A model generated the notes under the pieces. The model saw only the letters and a list, made by a program, of their open reading frames with translations, had not been told where the DNA came from and ran no database searches. A program made the translations under genes and the position numbers. This document shows, piece after piece, positions 38,726-51,249 of a stretch of 64,000 nucleotides of DNA (positions are counted from its first letter, which is position 1; each line of letters starts with the position of its first letter). Source of the DNA: Octopus sinensis. Its lineage: Eukaryota. Location: contig NC_043000.1 of assembly GCF_006345805.1 (NCBI RefSeq), positions 75,206,001 to 75,270,000 of the forward strand, given 5' to 3'.

Positions 38726-39818
38726 CAGATATATACATATATTTGTAGATATATAAATATATATATACGTATATTTGTATATATATATATATACATATAT
38801 TTGTATCGCTTCCAGTTGTTTGTTTATTAACCTTTTATTTTCCTTTAATATAAGCTAACATCTCAGTTACGATTCACAACACCATCTTTGTTTACATTCT
38901 GAGAATAACTTTCTTTCAATTTCTGTTTAGCTTTCAATCTATCTTTCATTTCATCTCTATAAAACTAATATTTAAAAATTCTTTTCATATGTTTATTTTC
39001 CTGTAATGTAAGTTAAAAATTTGAGCTACAACGGCTAGAAATATAATCGTAATTTCATTTTATCTCTATAAAACTAATTTTAAAAATCCTTTTCATTTGT
39101 TTATTTTCCTGTAATTTAAGCTAACAACTGAGTTAGAAAGAATTAAATAATTCTTTCATTTCCTCACTCTCTTCTATCTCCTCTCTCCTCCCTTACATAT
39201 ATTCCCCCACTTCCAGCTCCCTTCGCCCTTCCTTTATCTTTCTTTACGCTTACCCTTTCCCTCTTTCTTGCATATCTTACTCTTTTTCTCATCTCTCTCC
39301 CTCCCTTTCATATCCTCCTCTTCTCTCATTCCTCTTTCCTCTCCATCTCACATCTACCTCTCCTCTCGTCACCTCACCCGCTCTCTCATATACTTCTCAT
39401 TTGCCCATTCTTCTCACTCCGTCTCTCCCTCTCTCTCACATCCTTCATCCTGTCTCTCCTTCACTCTGTCTCTCTTTCCTCTCCTCCCTCTGTTTCTCTT
39501 TCTCTTCCCCTCCTCTCCTTCACTCTGCCTCTCTTTCTCTTTCCCTCCTCTTCTTCACTCTGCCACTCTTCTCCTTCACTCTGTCTCTCCTATCCTCCTC
39601 CTCTCCCCCTCTCCTACCTTCCTCTATCTCTTTAATACACCACACCCCCTTGCTTTCCTCCTATCACCCTCTTGATTTCTTTCATAGCACCTCTCTCTTT
39701 CCTTTCTATCTCCCTCTCTCTTTCCCTATTTCCCCCCTCTTTGTTTCTCCGTCTCTACCTCTTTCTATCACTCATCACCTCTCTAGCCTCTACTCCCCCT
39801 CTGGACTTCAAAACGAAG

Positions 39819-42800
39819 ATGGCACCAAAGTGGGAAAAGAAAGAGTTAAATCTTCTGCTAAGAGCATGGACAATTGCTAGTGGCGATCCGCCGAACAACA
39901 TCATCACTGCCGCGCTAAAGAACAATGGATTTCATAGAACCATTGACCAAATAGAACGAAAAAAAGGTGAATTTATCTGGTCTTACATGCTTATAAGACC
40001 AAACATCAAAACATTGGATAACATAATTGAAAATTATTGTGGCAAGGCTGATGAGGATGAAGAGGACAAAAAAGAGAAGGAAGCCAGAAGTCTCTGTGAT
40101 CCAGGGGTTCCTCAGGAAAATGGATCACCTACCCCGGTGAACGACCAGGTAGTGAAGGATAGGGGAGCCAAGGGAGCAGAAACCGGAAGCCCACTGTACC
40201 AATGGTTCTATAAAGAAATGAGAAATTAGAAAAACAGAAGAAAAAAGGAAGGACCGAAAACAAAAATAAGGAGGGAAAGGGAAAAAAGGCAAACAAAACA
40301 ACAAAGCTGAAACCCCAACCCACCACACAAACAGCAGAGAACCCCATGGAGGATCCAATGCCACCCAGTACACTTCAGGAAAGAAGAAATCTGGAAGGCA
40401 CCAAAGAACCTGTAAATTCTACCTGCGGTATGGGGAGGACGGCAAAAACTGCCGGTTCGCCCACCCGACACCTTGCCAGAACTTCAGGGGACTCAGAGAA
40501 AAGAGCTTTACTGAGGGAAGACAAGAAATGTCTCCCAGGAAAACTTTCAATAAAGAAGTGCGCTCCTCAGATGTTCTGCGCAACACAGCAGCTGAGCAAG
40601 AGTCTTTTTTATGCATGGCACAAAGAATTGTCCAGCAGCTAACCTGGCTACACCAAGCACAGAGAAGGAACCCTGCCCACCACAGTCAACAGACATGGGA
40701 TGGCCTCCCCTAATGCCTGCACAGCCGTCACCCCAATACTTTTACTAAATATTGGGGGCCTGTTGCATCAAAATAGAAACAAAATTTCTTTCCTGAGAGA
40801 TCTTACTGCATGCAATCAAGCCCTATGCATAGCACTCGTGGAAACTCACCTCATCCCTGATATAGAGGACGCAGAAGTACACATACCAAACTATGCCATA
40901 CTGCGAACAGACAGAAGGGAAAGGAGCCATGGTGGAGTTGCTGTATACATCTGAGATGACCTCACACCCCAGGTCTTAATGACATACTCAAATTCGGTAT
41001 GTGACACTTTAATTGTATACATAAGACAACATAATATAGTCATATGTAATACATATTGCCCACCGGATGCCCCAGAGTTTGAAGACTGCCTCACAAGAAT
41101 TAAAGAAATCCTCATGAATCTGGAACACCACGTGACCATATTTCTTATGGGTGATTTTAACTTCCCTAACGTCAAATGGCCCGAAGGTCTCAAACTCTCA
41201 GGAAGCAAGTACAGGTGGAGTCCCTGCTCAACCTCACCAATGCCTTATTCATGGAGCAAGTTGTACTCAAACCAACTAGGGCAAATAACATTCTGGATCT
41301 CTGCTTCCTGAACAATATGGACATCATTCATGATGTGAAAGTGACATTGACATTAGTTTCGGATCACAACATAATAGAGCCATCTATGTTTGGGCCAAAA
41401 GTAACCAGAGGCATACAGCCTAAAAGAAGCACCTGAAATCTCTCCAATCTGAACTTCCACAAAGCAGATTGGAAATCGATCCAAAAAGAGATCCTCAGAG
41501 AGGACTGGCTGGAATGTCTCTCCACACCAGACATTGACACGAAACTAGAATGTTTCATGTCTTCTGTGCAAGCCGTATGCCACAAATATGTCCCAGAGCA
41601 CAAGGCCAAAACAAATAGGAGCAAGATTCCAAGAGACAGGAAGATCCTCATGAAACAACGGACGAAGGTTGCAAATCGTCTCAACCAACATCCCAAAAGT
41701 AGCGAAACGTCCCGCCTAAAAACAACACTGATGGAGATCGAAAAAAAAGGCTGCAACAATCCTATGTGAGGGAGAAAGCAGACAAAGAAGCCTGGGTTAT
41801 AAAAAACATTAAATCAAACCCAAAGGCCTTCTTTCATTACACGAAAGAAACAGTCTCAGTGCACTACAAGATAGGACCCCTCCTCCAAAAAGATGGCTCC
41901 CTCACAGACAGTCCAACTAAGATCAGTGAGATGCTGAATGACCTGTTCAAAAGTGTCTTTACCACCCCGTTGGAACACAGACAAGTGAACAAACCAGTGG
42001 ACTTCTTTGCCGCCTCATCTATAACCAGCGAGGCGGTTATAATAGAACGTATTGGCATTAGCGAAGATGTCCTACTAGCCATAGATGAAGTGGACACAAA
42101 CTCAACTGCTGGTCCAAATGGTTTCCCAGCAATCCTCCTCAAAGCGTGTAAGCATGCCCTGGCAAGACCCCTCAAGATTCTCTTCCAGAGCTTTCTTGCG
42201 AATGGCAAACTGCCAAGCAAGCTGAAGGAGGGAATAATATGCCCAATACATAAAGGGGGAAGTAGAGCAGATGCCAAAAGCTATAGGCCTATCTCTCTGA
42301 CTTCACACATCAGCAAAGTCATGGAACGGATAGTCAGAAAGAAACTAATCGCATTCCTTGAGGAAAATAACTTGCTGAGTGATACCCAGCATGGTTTTCG
42401 ACCAGGTAGGAGCTGCCTGACCCAGCTCTTACAACATTATGACTGGGTGTTGAGGCAGTTATTCAACAAATCAAATGTGGACGTAATCTACCTTGATTTT
42501 GCAAAAGCTTTTGACAAGGTGGATCATGGTATGATACGCCACAAACTGTGTGACCTCGGCATAGCTGGAAAACTTGGAGTGTGGTTACATGACTTCCTGA
42601 AAAATAGGAGTCAGGCAGTAGTGGTTAATGGAGCCACCTCTATGAACACACAAATAGTGAGTGGTGTTTCACAGGGCACTGTCTTGGGACCACTCCTTTT
42701 TATAGTGGCCCTCTCAGATATGCCCTCAAATGCCCAGATAGCCACTCTGGCAAGCTATGCAGAGGATATGAAAGTCTCGCAGAAAATACAGAACCCCAGC

Positions 42801-43088
42801 GATGTTGCACACCTGCAGCAGGAGTTGGACTCAATCTACAGATGGGCTGAGGATAATAATATGCAGTTTAATGCTGAAAAATTCCAGGCCCTGTGCTACC
42901 AGCATCCAAAACTGAATATTAAACTTACAGGATACACTGGTCCACAGGGAATTTCAATCTCAGAGCCTAAGTCTGTGAGGGACCTGGGTATCAACATGAG
43001 TGATGATACCTCTTTCCAAGTGCACATTACGAGGATGGTGACAAAGTGCAGACGACTGGCTGGATGGATCCTAAGAACATTCAGAACC
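39819..43088 (+). mobile_element. CR1-group LINE: ORF1 (Myb/SANT-like and CCCH-like) and ORF2 (APE and RT), disrupted and 3'-truncated
   Basis: APE motifs LNIGGL, ALVETHL, GGVAVY, MGDFNFP, SDHN. RT ORF 41766-43112 has YLDFAKAFDKVDH, SGVSQGTVLGPLLF, YAED, VRDLG. CT-rich leader at 39160-39800. Confidence 0.92.
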
Positions 43089-43962
43089 AGACGGTTCAAC
43101 TGGGGTCTGTGAAGCCAGAAGGCTGCATCAGGCCCAGTCTGAACTGGCAGTGTTACTACGGCTGGATGCCCTTCCTAACGCCAACCACTCCGTGAGTGTA
43201 GTGGGTGCTTTTTACGTGCCACCCGCACAGGTGCCAGACGGGGCTGGCAAACGGCCATGGACGGATGGTGCTTTTTACGTGCCACCGGCACAGGGGCCAG
43301 GCGAGGCTCGCAACGGCCACGAAGGGATGGTGCTTTTTACGTGCCACCGGCACGGTAGCCAGTCGGGGCGGTGCTGGCAACGGCCACGATCGGATGGTTC
43401 GCTTACTTGTCACCGGCACTGGTGTCACAGCTGCAATTTCCATTGATGTTGATCGACTTCGATTTTGGTTCTGCTTTCTGATATCTGTTTTGATTTGATT
43501 TGATTTTTACTTGCCTCAACGGGTCTTCACAAATGGAGTTTTGTGTCCCAAGAAGGAAAGGTATGTATAAGTCGACTGGCTACATACCAGGTAGAGGCCA
43601 CGGGTTATGGTCTCACTAGTCTTGCCGGGTCTTCTCACGCACAGCATACTTCCATTGGTCTCGGTCTCTAGTCATTTCCTTGGTGAGACCTAAAGTTCGA
43701 AGGTTGTGCTTCACCACCTCGTCCCAGGTTTTCCTGGGTCTACCTCTTCCACAGGTTCCTTCAACCGCTAGGGTGTGGCACTTTTGCACACAATTATCTT
43801 CAGCCATTCTCGTCACATGACCATACCAGCGCAAACGTCTCTCTTGCACACCACAACTGATGCTTCTTAGGTCCAACTTTTCTCTCAAGGTACTTACACT
43901 CTGTCGAGTATGAACACTGACATTACACATCCATCGGAGCATACTGACTTCATTTCTTGCGA
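43089..43962 (-). mobile_element. RTE LINE 3' portion fused to the CR1 LINE
   Basis: ORF 43616-43942 is the ORF2 C-terminus; 3'UTR present but the terminal tail is missing. Confidence 0.9.
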
Positions 43963-43968
43963 CGCATA

Positions 43969-44369
43969 TCTTTATATATAAAAGAGAGGTTGTGTGTCTG
44001 TCTCCTACGATTTAGATTCCTAACTACTCCCACATTTTGCGGTGCAGTTTAACCAAAACCGGGTATCTTATAGTCGTGATTCATATCAAGCCCTTCTGGG
44101 TATTAGCACGCATCTACGATGAGTCTACGATTAAAAAAAAAAAATTACCATCATTTTTTCCCATTTTAATGCATTTTTTTGCTATTATATAAGGGAAGTA
44201 ACTCTCTAAAAATGTCTACGATGAGTCAACGATTAAAAAAAAAAATTTACCATCATTTTTTTTCCATTTTTAATGCATTTTTTTGCTATTTTTTTGGCTA
44301 TAACTCTCTAAAAATGCTTATATAGTTATTTCCCTTACAAACCCGAGCAACGCCGGGCGATACTGCTAG
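43969..44369 (+). mobile_element. Complete 401-bp non-autonomous Helitron
   Basis: A|TC 5' end, subterminal hairpin cccg-agcaacgc-cggg, CTAG|T 3' end, no TSD, internal ~100-bp duplication. Confidence 0.85.
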
Positions 44370-46726
44370 TCCTATTATATACATTATATTATTTTTGTAA
44401 TTTACTTAATCTTTACTTTTTAATTGTCATTTTAATTTTAACTTTTCTATGATGGTGTAATTTAATTATTCATTTTGAATTGATAAAAGGTGGTTTTTTT
44501 CTAATATTTTATGTATATGTATGTATATATATATATATAGTGGTATAAATATCAACACAATTATTTCTCCTTCCTCTTTTTTTTTCTTTTTCCTTTTCTC
44601 CTCTCTTCCCTTCTCCAAACTCACAGACACCCACACCTCCACAAAACAATCATAAAAAGAATTCTTCTTCCCTAAACCCAAAAAGCCATTTGACCATCCC
44701 TCATTAAACACACACACTCTCACAATGATAAAAAGAAATATAATTTATGGTCTACATCCCCGCCACCACACTCAATAACACTATGAAATGGTCAAAACTG
44801 AAATTCTTTTTCCCAAAGATCTTAGATCCCCCCTTGGAGTAAGCATCCTGTCAAGCAGAGCAAAAAAATTCTTATCTTCTTCCCTCTCCCTTCCCCTCTT
44901 TTTCTTTAGCACTCATTCCAAATACAAAAACACATACACACACATGCTCTCTCTCTCTCACTTTCTCCTCATCCATCACCCCCTTGTACTGTCTTATATT
45001 CCTCCCCGCCACTACAAACTCAATACCACTATAAAATGGTCAAAACTTTTCACACAGGAACTTAGTTTGATTTGAAAACCCCACTAGAATGGGAGTAAGT
45101 GTTAATACATGATCTAAGTTATATGATGTATAAAAAATGTAATATACAAATAAATATCTGTAAATATAAACCATCCGATTTTCTGAGTACTTCATTTCTT
45201 CTAATACATACCTACATATATATTTGTGTATATTTTTGTTTGTGTTTGTTCCCTAATGCTGGTGTGTTTATGTCCCTGTAACTTAGCAGTTCAGCAGAAG
45301 TTATTGATAGAATAAGCACCAGACTTACAAAGAATAAGTCCAGGGTTCAACTTCTTCAAGTAAAAGGTGGTATTTCAGCATGGCCACACTCAAATGATAA
45401 TATCTATCCAATATACTGCTGGTAGAATACCCAATTATTAATACACAAGTGTTTTCCATTGCATGGCAATTACATTACCGAGTGTAATAAATGGGTGAGG
45501 GTAAAAAGTTATTTTACCCTTAATTTATATAACAATAAGAAAATGGAGGGGACCAAGAGGTGGTATTCATCAACTTTTAGACATTATATTATGTCTATTT
45601 ATTTAAAAAAAAAAGACAATTATAGCTGATGGTAGTTGAACCAAAAAAGAAAGGTCAGGCTTAGCTGAACACTGGTCATGTGGAGAGAGAAAAGAGAGAG
45701 GTAGGGGCAGAGGAATAGAAGAGTTAAGGAGGGGTGAGAAAAAATGAAAGGGACATAGTGAAGTAAAAGAGGAGGGAAAGTGAGCATGAAGAGAAGGCCA
45801 GGAAATGTGAGAGAGGGAGAACGAAGAGTGGAATAAATGAAGTAAGTGGGAAAAGGCTGATAGAAAGAAGGAAAGAATGAAAGAATAATAGAGTCGTACA
45901 AAATTTAGATATATATACTTACATATAAGAGACCAAAGTGTACATACACTGCTATATTTTTATATATAAAAAATACAAAAATGGGACAAGAACGCAAAAC
46001 ATCCAGACAGTTAGATGGTACAAAAAGGGGACAATAAAACATCCACACAGATGATACAAAGAAAACAAGGATGGGTCATTCAGAGTTTTCTTTCCTCAGT
46101 TGAGTTCCAGATTATCTTCGCAATTTCAGCTAGTTATACTCGAGATTGCTCCAATTTATGGATATTACAATTAATAACAGGAATTATATTTGGAGGTATC
46201 TTTCAAATGTCTTCATTTTGGCACGCTGAAGCTGGAAATAACCCTACAAATAATAAATTACCACAGCTAATTTATTGGTTAGAGAACATTGCTATTTTAA
46301 ATTAAATAATGAGAGTAGAAATTAATATCAATCAATTAACATCAATTTAAACCAGTGGTCTATCATATTTTTAAAAAATCCAAAAATTTAAAAATTATAT
46401 TACAATTAATAAGAGGAATGACCATGAAAGTGGATTCCTTTCATGCTAAAAATAGACATCAAATTGCCTTACCACGAAATGTGTGTCCTCAAGAAAAATC
46501 TCAGCAAAAATGCCAGAATGTAAAAATGAGCAAGGCAAATGAAAATATACAAAATAAAATGATTAACTGAGTATCATAATTTCGTTGTTAACACTTGCAT
46601 AATGCAAAATGCAAATATCTGCAATTCTTCAGTGTAGTCTGTCGCATTACAAAACTTATTTCACAGAACTATACACAGAAATGTTCACCTGAAAGAAAAC
46701 GCGGGTACAGTTCTGCAAATTATCAG

Positions 46727-46875
46727 AGTGGTTGGCGTTAGGAAGGGCATCCACCTGTAGAAACTCTGCCAGATCAAGATTGGAGCCTGGTGCAGCCATC
46801 TGGTTCGCCAGCCCTCAGTCAAATCGTCCAACCCATGCTAGCATGGAAAGTGAACATTAAACGATGATGATGATA
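46727..46875 (+). mobile_element. RTE 3' tail fragment
   Basis: gagtggttggcgttaggaagggcatcc..catgctagcatgg..(GAT)n. Confidence 0.85.
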
Positions 46876-47019
46876 ATTATACACACACACATACATACAT
46901 ACATACATATATATATATATATATGTGTGTGTGTGTATATGGACATATATATATTATAGCCTCAGGCCAACTAAAGCCTTGTATGTGTGTATTTCATACA
47001 TGGAAACTGAAAGAAGACT

Positions 47020-47303
47020 ACGCCATATGCCCACGGGCATATGACATAGTGGTTAAGAGCGCTGGCTACTAACCCCAAGACTCTGAGATCGTTTCCAAGC
47101 AGTGACCTGAATAATAATAACAACAACAACATTGAAAAATACCTTAGGAATGAGAACTCAAGTTTGAAATGTCCCCAAGACACCTGATGAATACTGGAGG
47201 GCATATCAGCCGAAACGTTGTGTTAACAACAAACAAGATAAGGACAAATATCAGTCAAATGTAAATAATGTACATAATTCCTCATCTCTTACATAAAGAA
47301 CTG
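47020..47303 (+). mobile_element. Solo tRNA-head plus hammerhead unit (PLE terminal repeat or SINE-like)
   Basis: tRNA-like head at 47035-47100; gacac-CTGATGA-atactg..cagcc-GAAAC-GTT-gtgtt at 47179-47224; homologous to the 3' end of PLE 47786-48896. Confidence 0.75.
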
Positions 47304-47369
47304 TAATTTTATAAGAGTCAGGAAACTAAGATTTATTTTGCTTTATTTGAAAAAACATCACAATCACAT

Positions 47370-49893
47370 CTTTTGACCCAAATCAGGCAAAATTCTAGCA
47401 GGGTTCATAATGCCAGCTCAAGTTCTTACAAATGCAGAAATAGTATACCTGAAATTTCAACTTTCCAGTTGAAGTAGTTTCAGAGCTTTTTAAACTATAA
47501 TCACTAGGTGGCAATAGATTCATATTTTGGTATTCCTTAATCCTTGTAAACACAAGAGATTATAAAAGTGTATTTATACATTTTAAAGATTACTGAATTG
47601 TAATTGCTCTATGCAAAGGTTCAAAACTAGGCTATTTTAAGACAGAGGCCACTACAAGCATTCGATAACATACAAAATTAAAAACAATACATATTTTTAA
47701 CTTTATAAGTTTAATTCCAATTTTAAATAAGTGTATATGAAAAAGGGTACTGAATGTTAGCAAATTTTTAAGCAACAAAGAATTAATATACATTATTTAC
47801 ATTCAATGGATATTTGTCCTCATCTTGTGTGTTGTTAATACAATGTTTCGGCTGATATACCCTCCAGCCTTCTTCAGGTGTTTTGGGGAAATTTCGATAT
47901 TATTATTGTTCAGGTCACTGCTTGGAATCAAACTCGGAATCTTGGGGTTAGTATCCTGCGCTCTTAACCACTACACCATATACCTGTGGGCAATTATGGA
48001 GTGAATAATATTTTTCTATCCTTCCTTAATACTGGTTCCCATATGCTGCTTATATCTGCACTCGGTCTGTTTAGGAAGTTGTTGTGTCCTAGCTTATGTG
48101 CTGCTTCTTTTAGTTTTCATATTTTCCAGTGGTGTTCTCTGTCTATTATTTTAACTTCATCCTACAGGGGGAGGTGATCTCCATTTTCCATACATGATCA
48201 GCTATACCCAATTTATCAATATCTCCTCGTGTCACAGCTTTGCGATGTTCGTCTAACCTTGTTTTGAGGGGGTGGCATGTTTCGCCTTTCTATAACCTAC
48301 CACAGCTGCATGGAATGGAGTATATGCAGTTTTCGGTCATATTCTCTTCTATTGGTGATTTTACTCGAAGGAGATATTTGCAAAGTGTATTACTCCTGAA
48401 TACTGCCCTGATGTCATATGGGCCACATATCTTTTGTGTTTTTCCGGAGAGGCCTTTCACATTGGGTAGACAGACTGTGGACAGTTTATTGGCCTCATCC
48501 CCTCACTTCTTCATAATTGGAGTGGATAGTATACTTTTGGGGTAGTTGTTGCTTAACAGATCGTTATTGAGCTTGATCATTTCTTCGTGGTGTGTATCAT
48601 GATTGCTACTTATATTCTTTGCACAATGTTTTAGGCACTGAGCAATCCCTCTCTTTACACTGTAAGGATGGTGGGAATTGAAGTTGAGGTATCGTTCAGT
48701 AAAGGTCAGCTTGCGGTATACGGATGTCGTGAATCCATACTTGGTACGTGCTATTAATATGTCCAGGAATGCTAGCTGATTGTCTGTTTCCTTTTCCATT
48801 GTGAACTGTATGGATGGCTTTATTGAGTTTGCATGATCTAACAGCACTTGGACATCTTCCTGGTGGGGCCAGAGTATAAAGGTGTCATCAACATATCATA
48901 GTTTGTCGACAAACTGTTGCTGCTTTTTGGGTTGATAGCTTGGAAGATATTACAAACTTGGTTGCAGTTTCAGTTTTGCTATACTTCCTCCTTGTTTGTA
49001 TGGATTCTTCATCTGATTTTTCAGACTCTTGATATTCACTTTTAGTCTTTGCTTCAGACATTGATGATGACACTGGAGTTGATCTGGTTGAAGTTGGCAT
49101 TAAGGACACTTTCCTTCTTTTAGATGGATGATAGTTTTGAAACTACCTGAACTGCCTGCCTTTCCAGTTTCATATCCAACCCATCCTTTGCTTTCAATTT
49201 GAAGATAATATAACTTTCTATCCTCACTGCACAGCCATTCACTGTTTTCTCTTGTGATGTCAAAAATTCCTTTCAATGAATCATATTTTCCTTGTTTTAC
49301 ACATTTATTGTAGGTATTCAGCACTTTTTCTACTTTTGCTTGTACATTTTGAATTGGTAAATATGGGAAATGTACATCTTTCGAAATTTCCTTCGTTCTT
49401 TCTTTCCTTCCTTTGATGGTACCTCCAAGGAACAGGTAATGACTGACAATTTTAAGTTTCATTGGTATCCTGCCGTTATTTTCCAAAGAATCCTCTTCTA
49501 GAGGAACAGGTCTTCTTTTCCTATATGAGTTTTGAAATTGGACGAGATTCTTCATCCAGATTTTTTTTGTTTCTTTGAGTGACTCAAGTACTTCTCTTAG
49601 GAGACATTATTTTTGATACTCTAGTTGGATAAGCTTACTATTCTGAAAAACAGTTAATATAGTCACAGTTTTTAGTGTCACAGAAGTAAAAAGGAGAGGA
49701 AGAGGATATTTCCTAAAGTAGGGCCTAAGTGGTAACAAATTAAAAACTCTATAACACCTAAACTGCTTAAACTTGAAAGCTTAAATTTGAGATATACTGC
49801 TTCTGCATTAGATTAAGTCAGTACACCAAGTTTGGTAAAAACTTGACTAGGCATTATGAACCCCGCTAGAATTTTGCATGATTTGGGTCAAAA
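47370..49893 (-). mobile_element. Unclassified TIR DNA transposon remnant hosting a nested PLE
   Basis: ~60-bp inverted repeats (cttttgacccaaatca.gcaaaattctagc.gggttcataatgcc) at 47370 and 49893; internal ORF remnant 49100-49555. Confidence 0.65.
47786..48896 (-). mobile_element. 5'-truncated Penelope/Poseidon-type PLE (RT, GIY-YIG, tRNA-like and hammerhead terminus)
   Basis: YVDDTF, IQFTMEKE, FLDILI, VYRK, YLNFNSHHP, CIYSIPCSCG..GET..RLDEH; hammerhead at 47837-47882. Confidence 0.9.
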
Positions 49894-50122
49894 GTGGTGT
49901 TAGATTTCTTCAGTTGGGGATGATGTTTTTTTTTTAAAAATTTAAAATAAAGGTTATTTTGCCTATTTATATGAAATTTTTCTTCAACTTGTGATACAGG
50001 AAATTGTCATAACCTGTATCACAAGTTGATGAATAGTCATAACCTGTATCACAAGTAGAATAAGTCATAACCTTAATGTGTATATATATATATCAAAATA
50101 ACCAACAGGATATCAAGAAGTG

Positions 50123-50210
50123 ATGCAGTACGACCGTTTCAAGTGGCTTCATTTAATTGAACAATGCAATCATTACATCAGTTTAAATGCAGAGCTATCA
50201 TCAGCTGCAC
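50123..50210 (-). ncRNA. Type I hammerhead motif (inverted PLE terminus)
   Basis: gtgcag-CTGATGA-[imperfect long stem II]-GAAAC-ggtc-GTA-ctgcat. Confidence 0.65.
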
Positions 50211-50274
50211 AAATAAATAGAATTTTAATCAGTTGGACACATTAATATAACTTTTTTCAAATATTCTAACAGCC

Positions 50275-50700
50275 CATGGAAAACTAGCCCGTATATTTAG
50301 CAAAGCACTGAAGGAGACCAAACTCAACATTAAGATTATTGAAAAGCAGGGAACTCCATCAGATCAAAACTATGTGGGATTAGCCCTGGAATTTAACTGT
50401 AGGACTTGAAATGTAGTCTACAGTATAAGATGCATAGAAGGTGCTTGTAAAGACATGAACATGAAATACATAGGAGAAACATCTAGGAGCATTGAAGAAC
50501 AACTAAATGAACATCTGAGACAATATGACAACAAAAGACAGTCCTCCATACTATACCAACATGCCAAGGACCAACACAGAGGCAACCTGGGTCAACTTGA
50601 CATCTGCATTTTATCCAAGCACCCAAAGGACCCAACACTCAGACAAATACAAGAGTATGTCCTCATAAATGGAACACCCCCAGTACTAAATAGGAAATAT
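50275..50700 (+). mobile_element. PLE GIY-YIG fragment
   Basis: NVVYSIRC..KYIGETSRSIEEQLNEH..SILYQHAKDQH..LRQIQE..PVLN. Confidence 0.75.
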
Positions 50701-51249
50701 ACACCCCCATACCCACAGTTTATATTTATGCACAGGTAGAATAGTTAGTGGGCTGTTAAGTAGATAGAGGTGTGTGTGTATGTATATGCACATGTACCTA
50801 GGCATATGGATATGAAAATAAACAGATAGGTACATAGGTTATATGAACAGACAAGCACACATACACAAATGAAGACTGAAACACATGACCATATATATAC
50901 ACACTTCTTCACACAAAGAAACAAAGACACGTCCACACATATGAAGATACACATCCATACATACAGACACAGTACATAGTCACAAAAACCCATACACACA
51001 CAGGCACATTCAAACATGCACATACAAGAAGACAGAGGTATATATATACATGCAAACCCACAGACACATGAATATGCAGAATACATACAAACGTACACAC
51101 ATGCATACATATACACATACAAATACACACATGGAAAAATGCATGCACACACTAACGTGCATGCATACAGACATACATACATGTGTATGTGCACATACAT
51201 ACACACACTGACTCACGCACATACGCAAAAACAAACAAGAAAAACGCAT

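Noticed and set aside
46000-46460. Additional hammerhead in a PLE-like terminus (minus-strand CTGAGGA)
   Set aside because: I could not build a convincing GAAA box with stems I and III
47035-47100. Functional tRNA gene (also the SINE heads at 29923 and 32078)
   Set aside because: No proper acceptor stem or terminator, and embedded in repeats; these are tRNA-derived heads only
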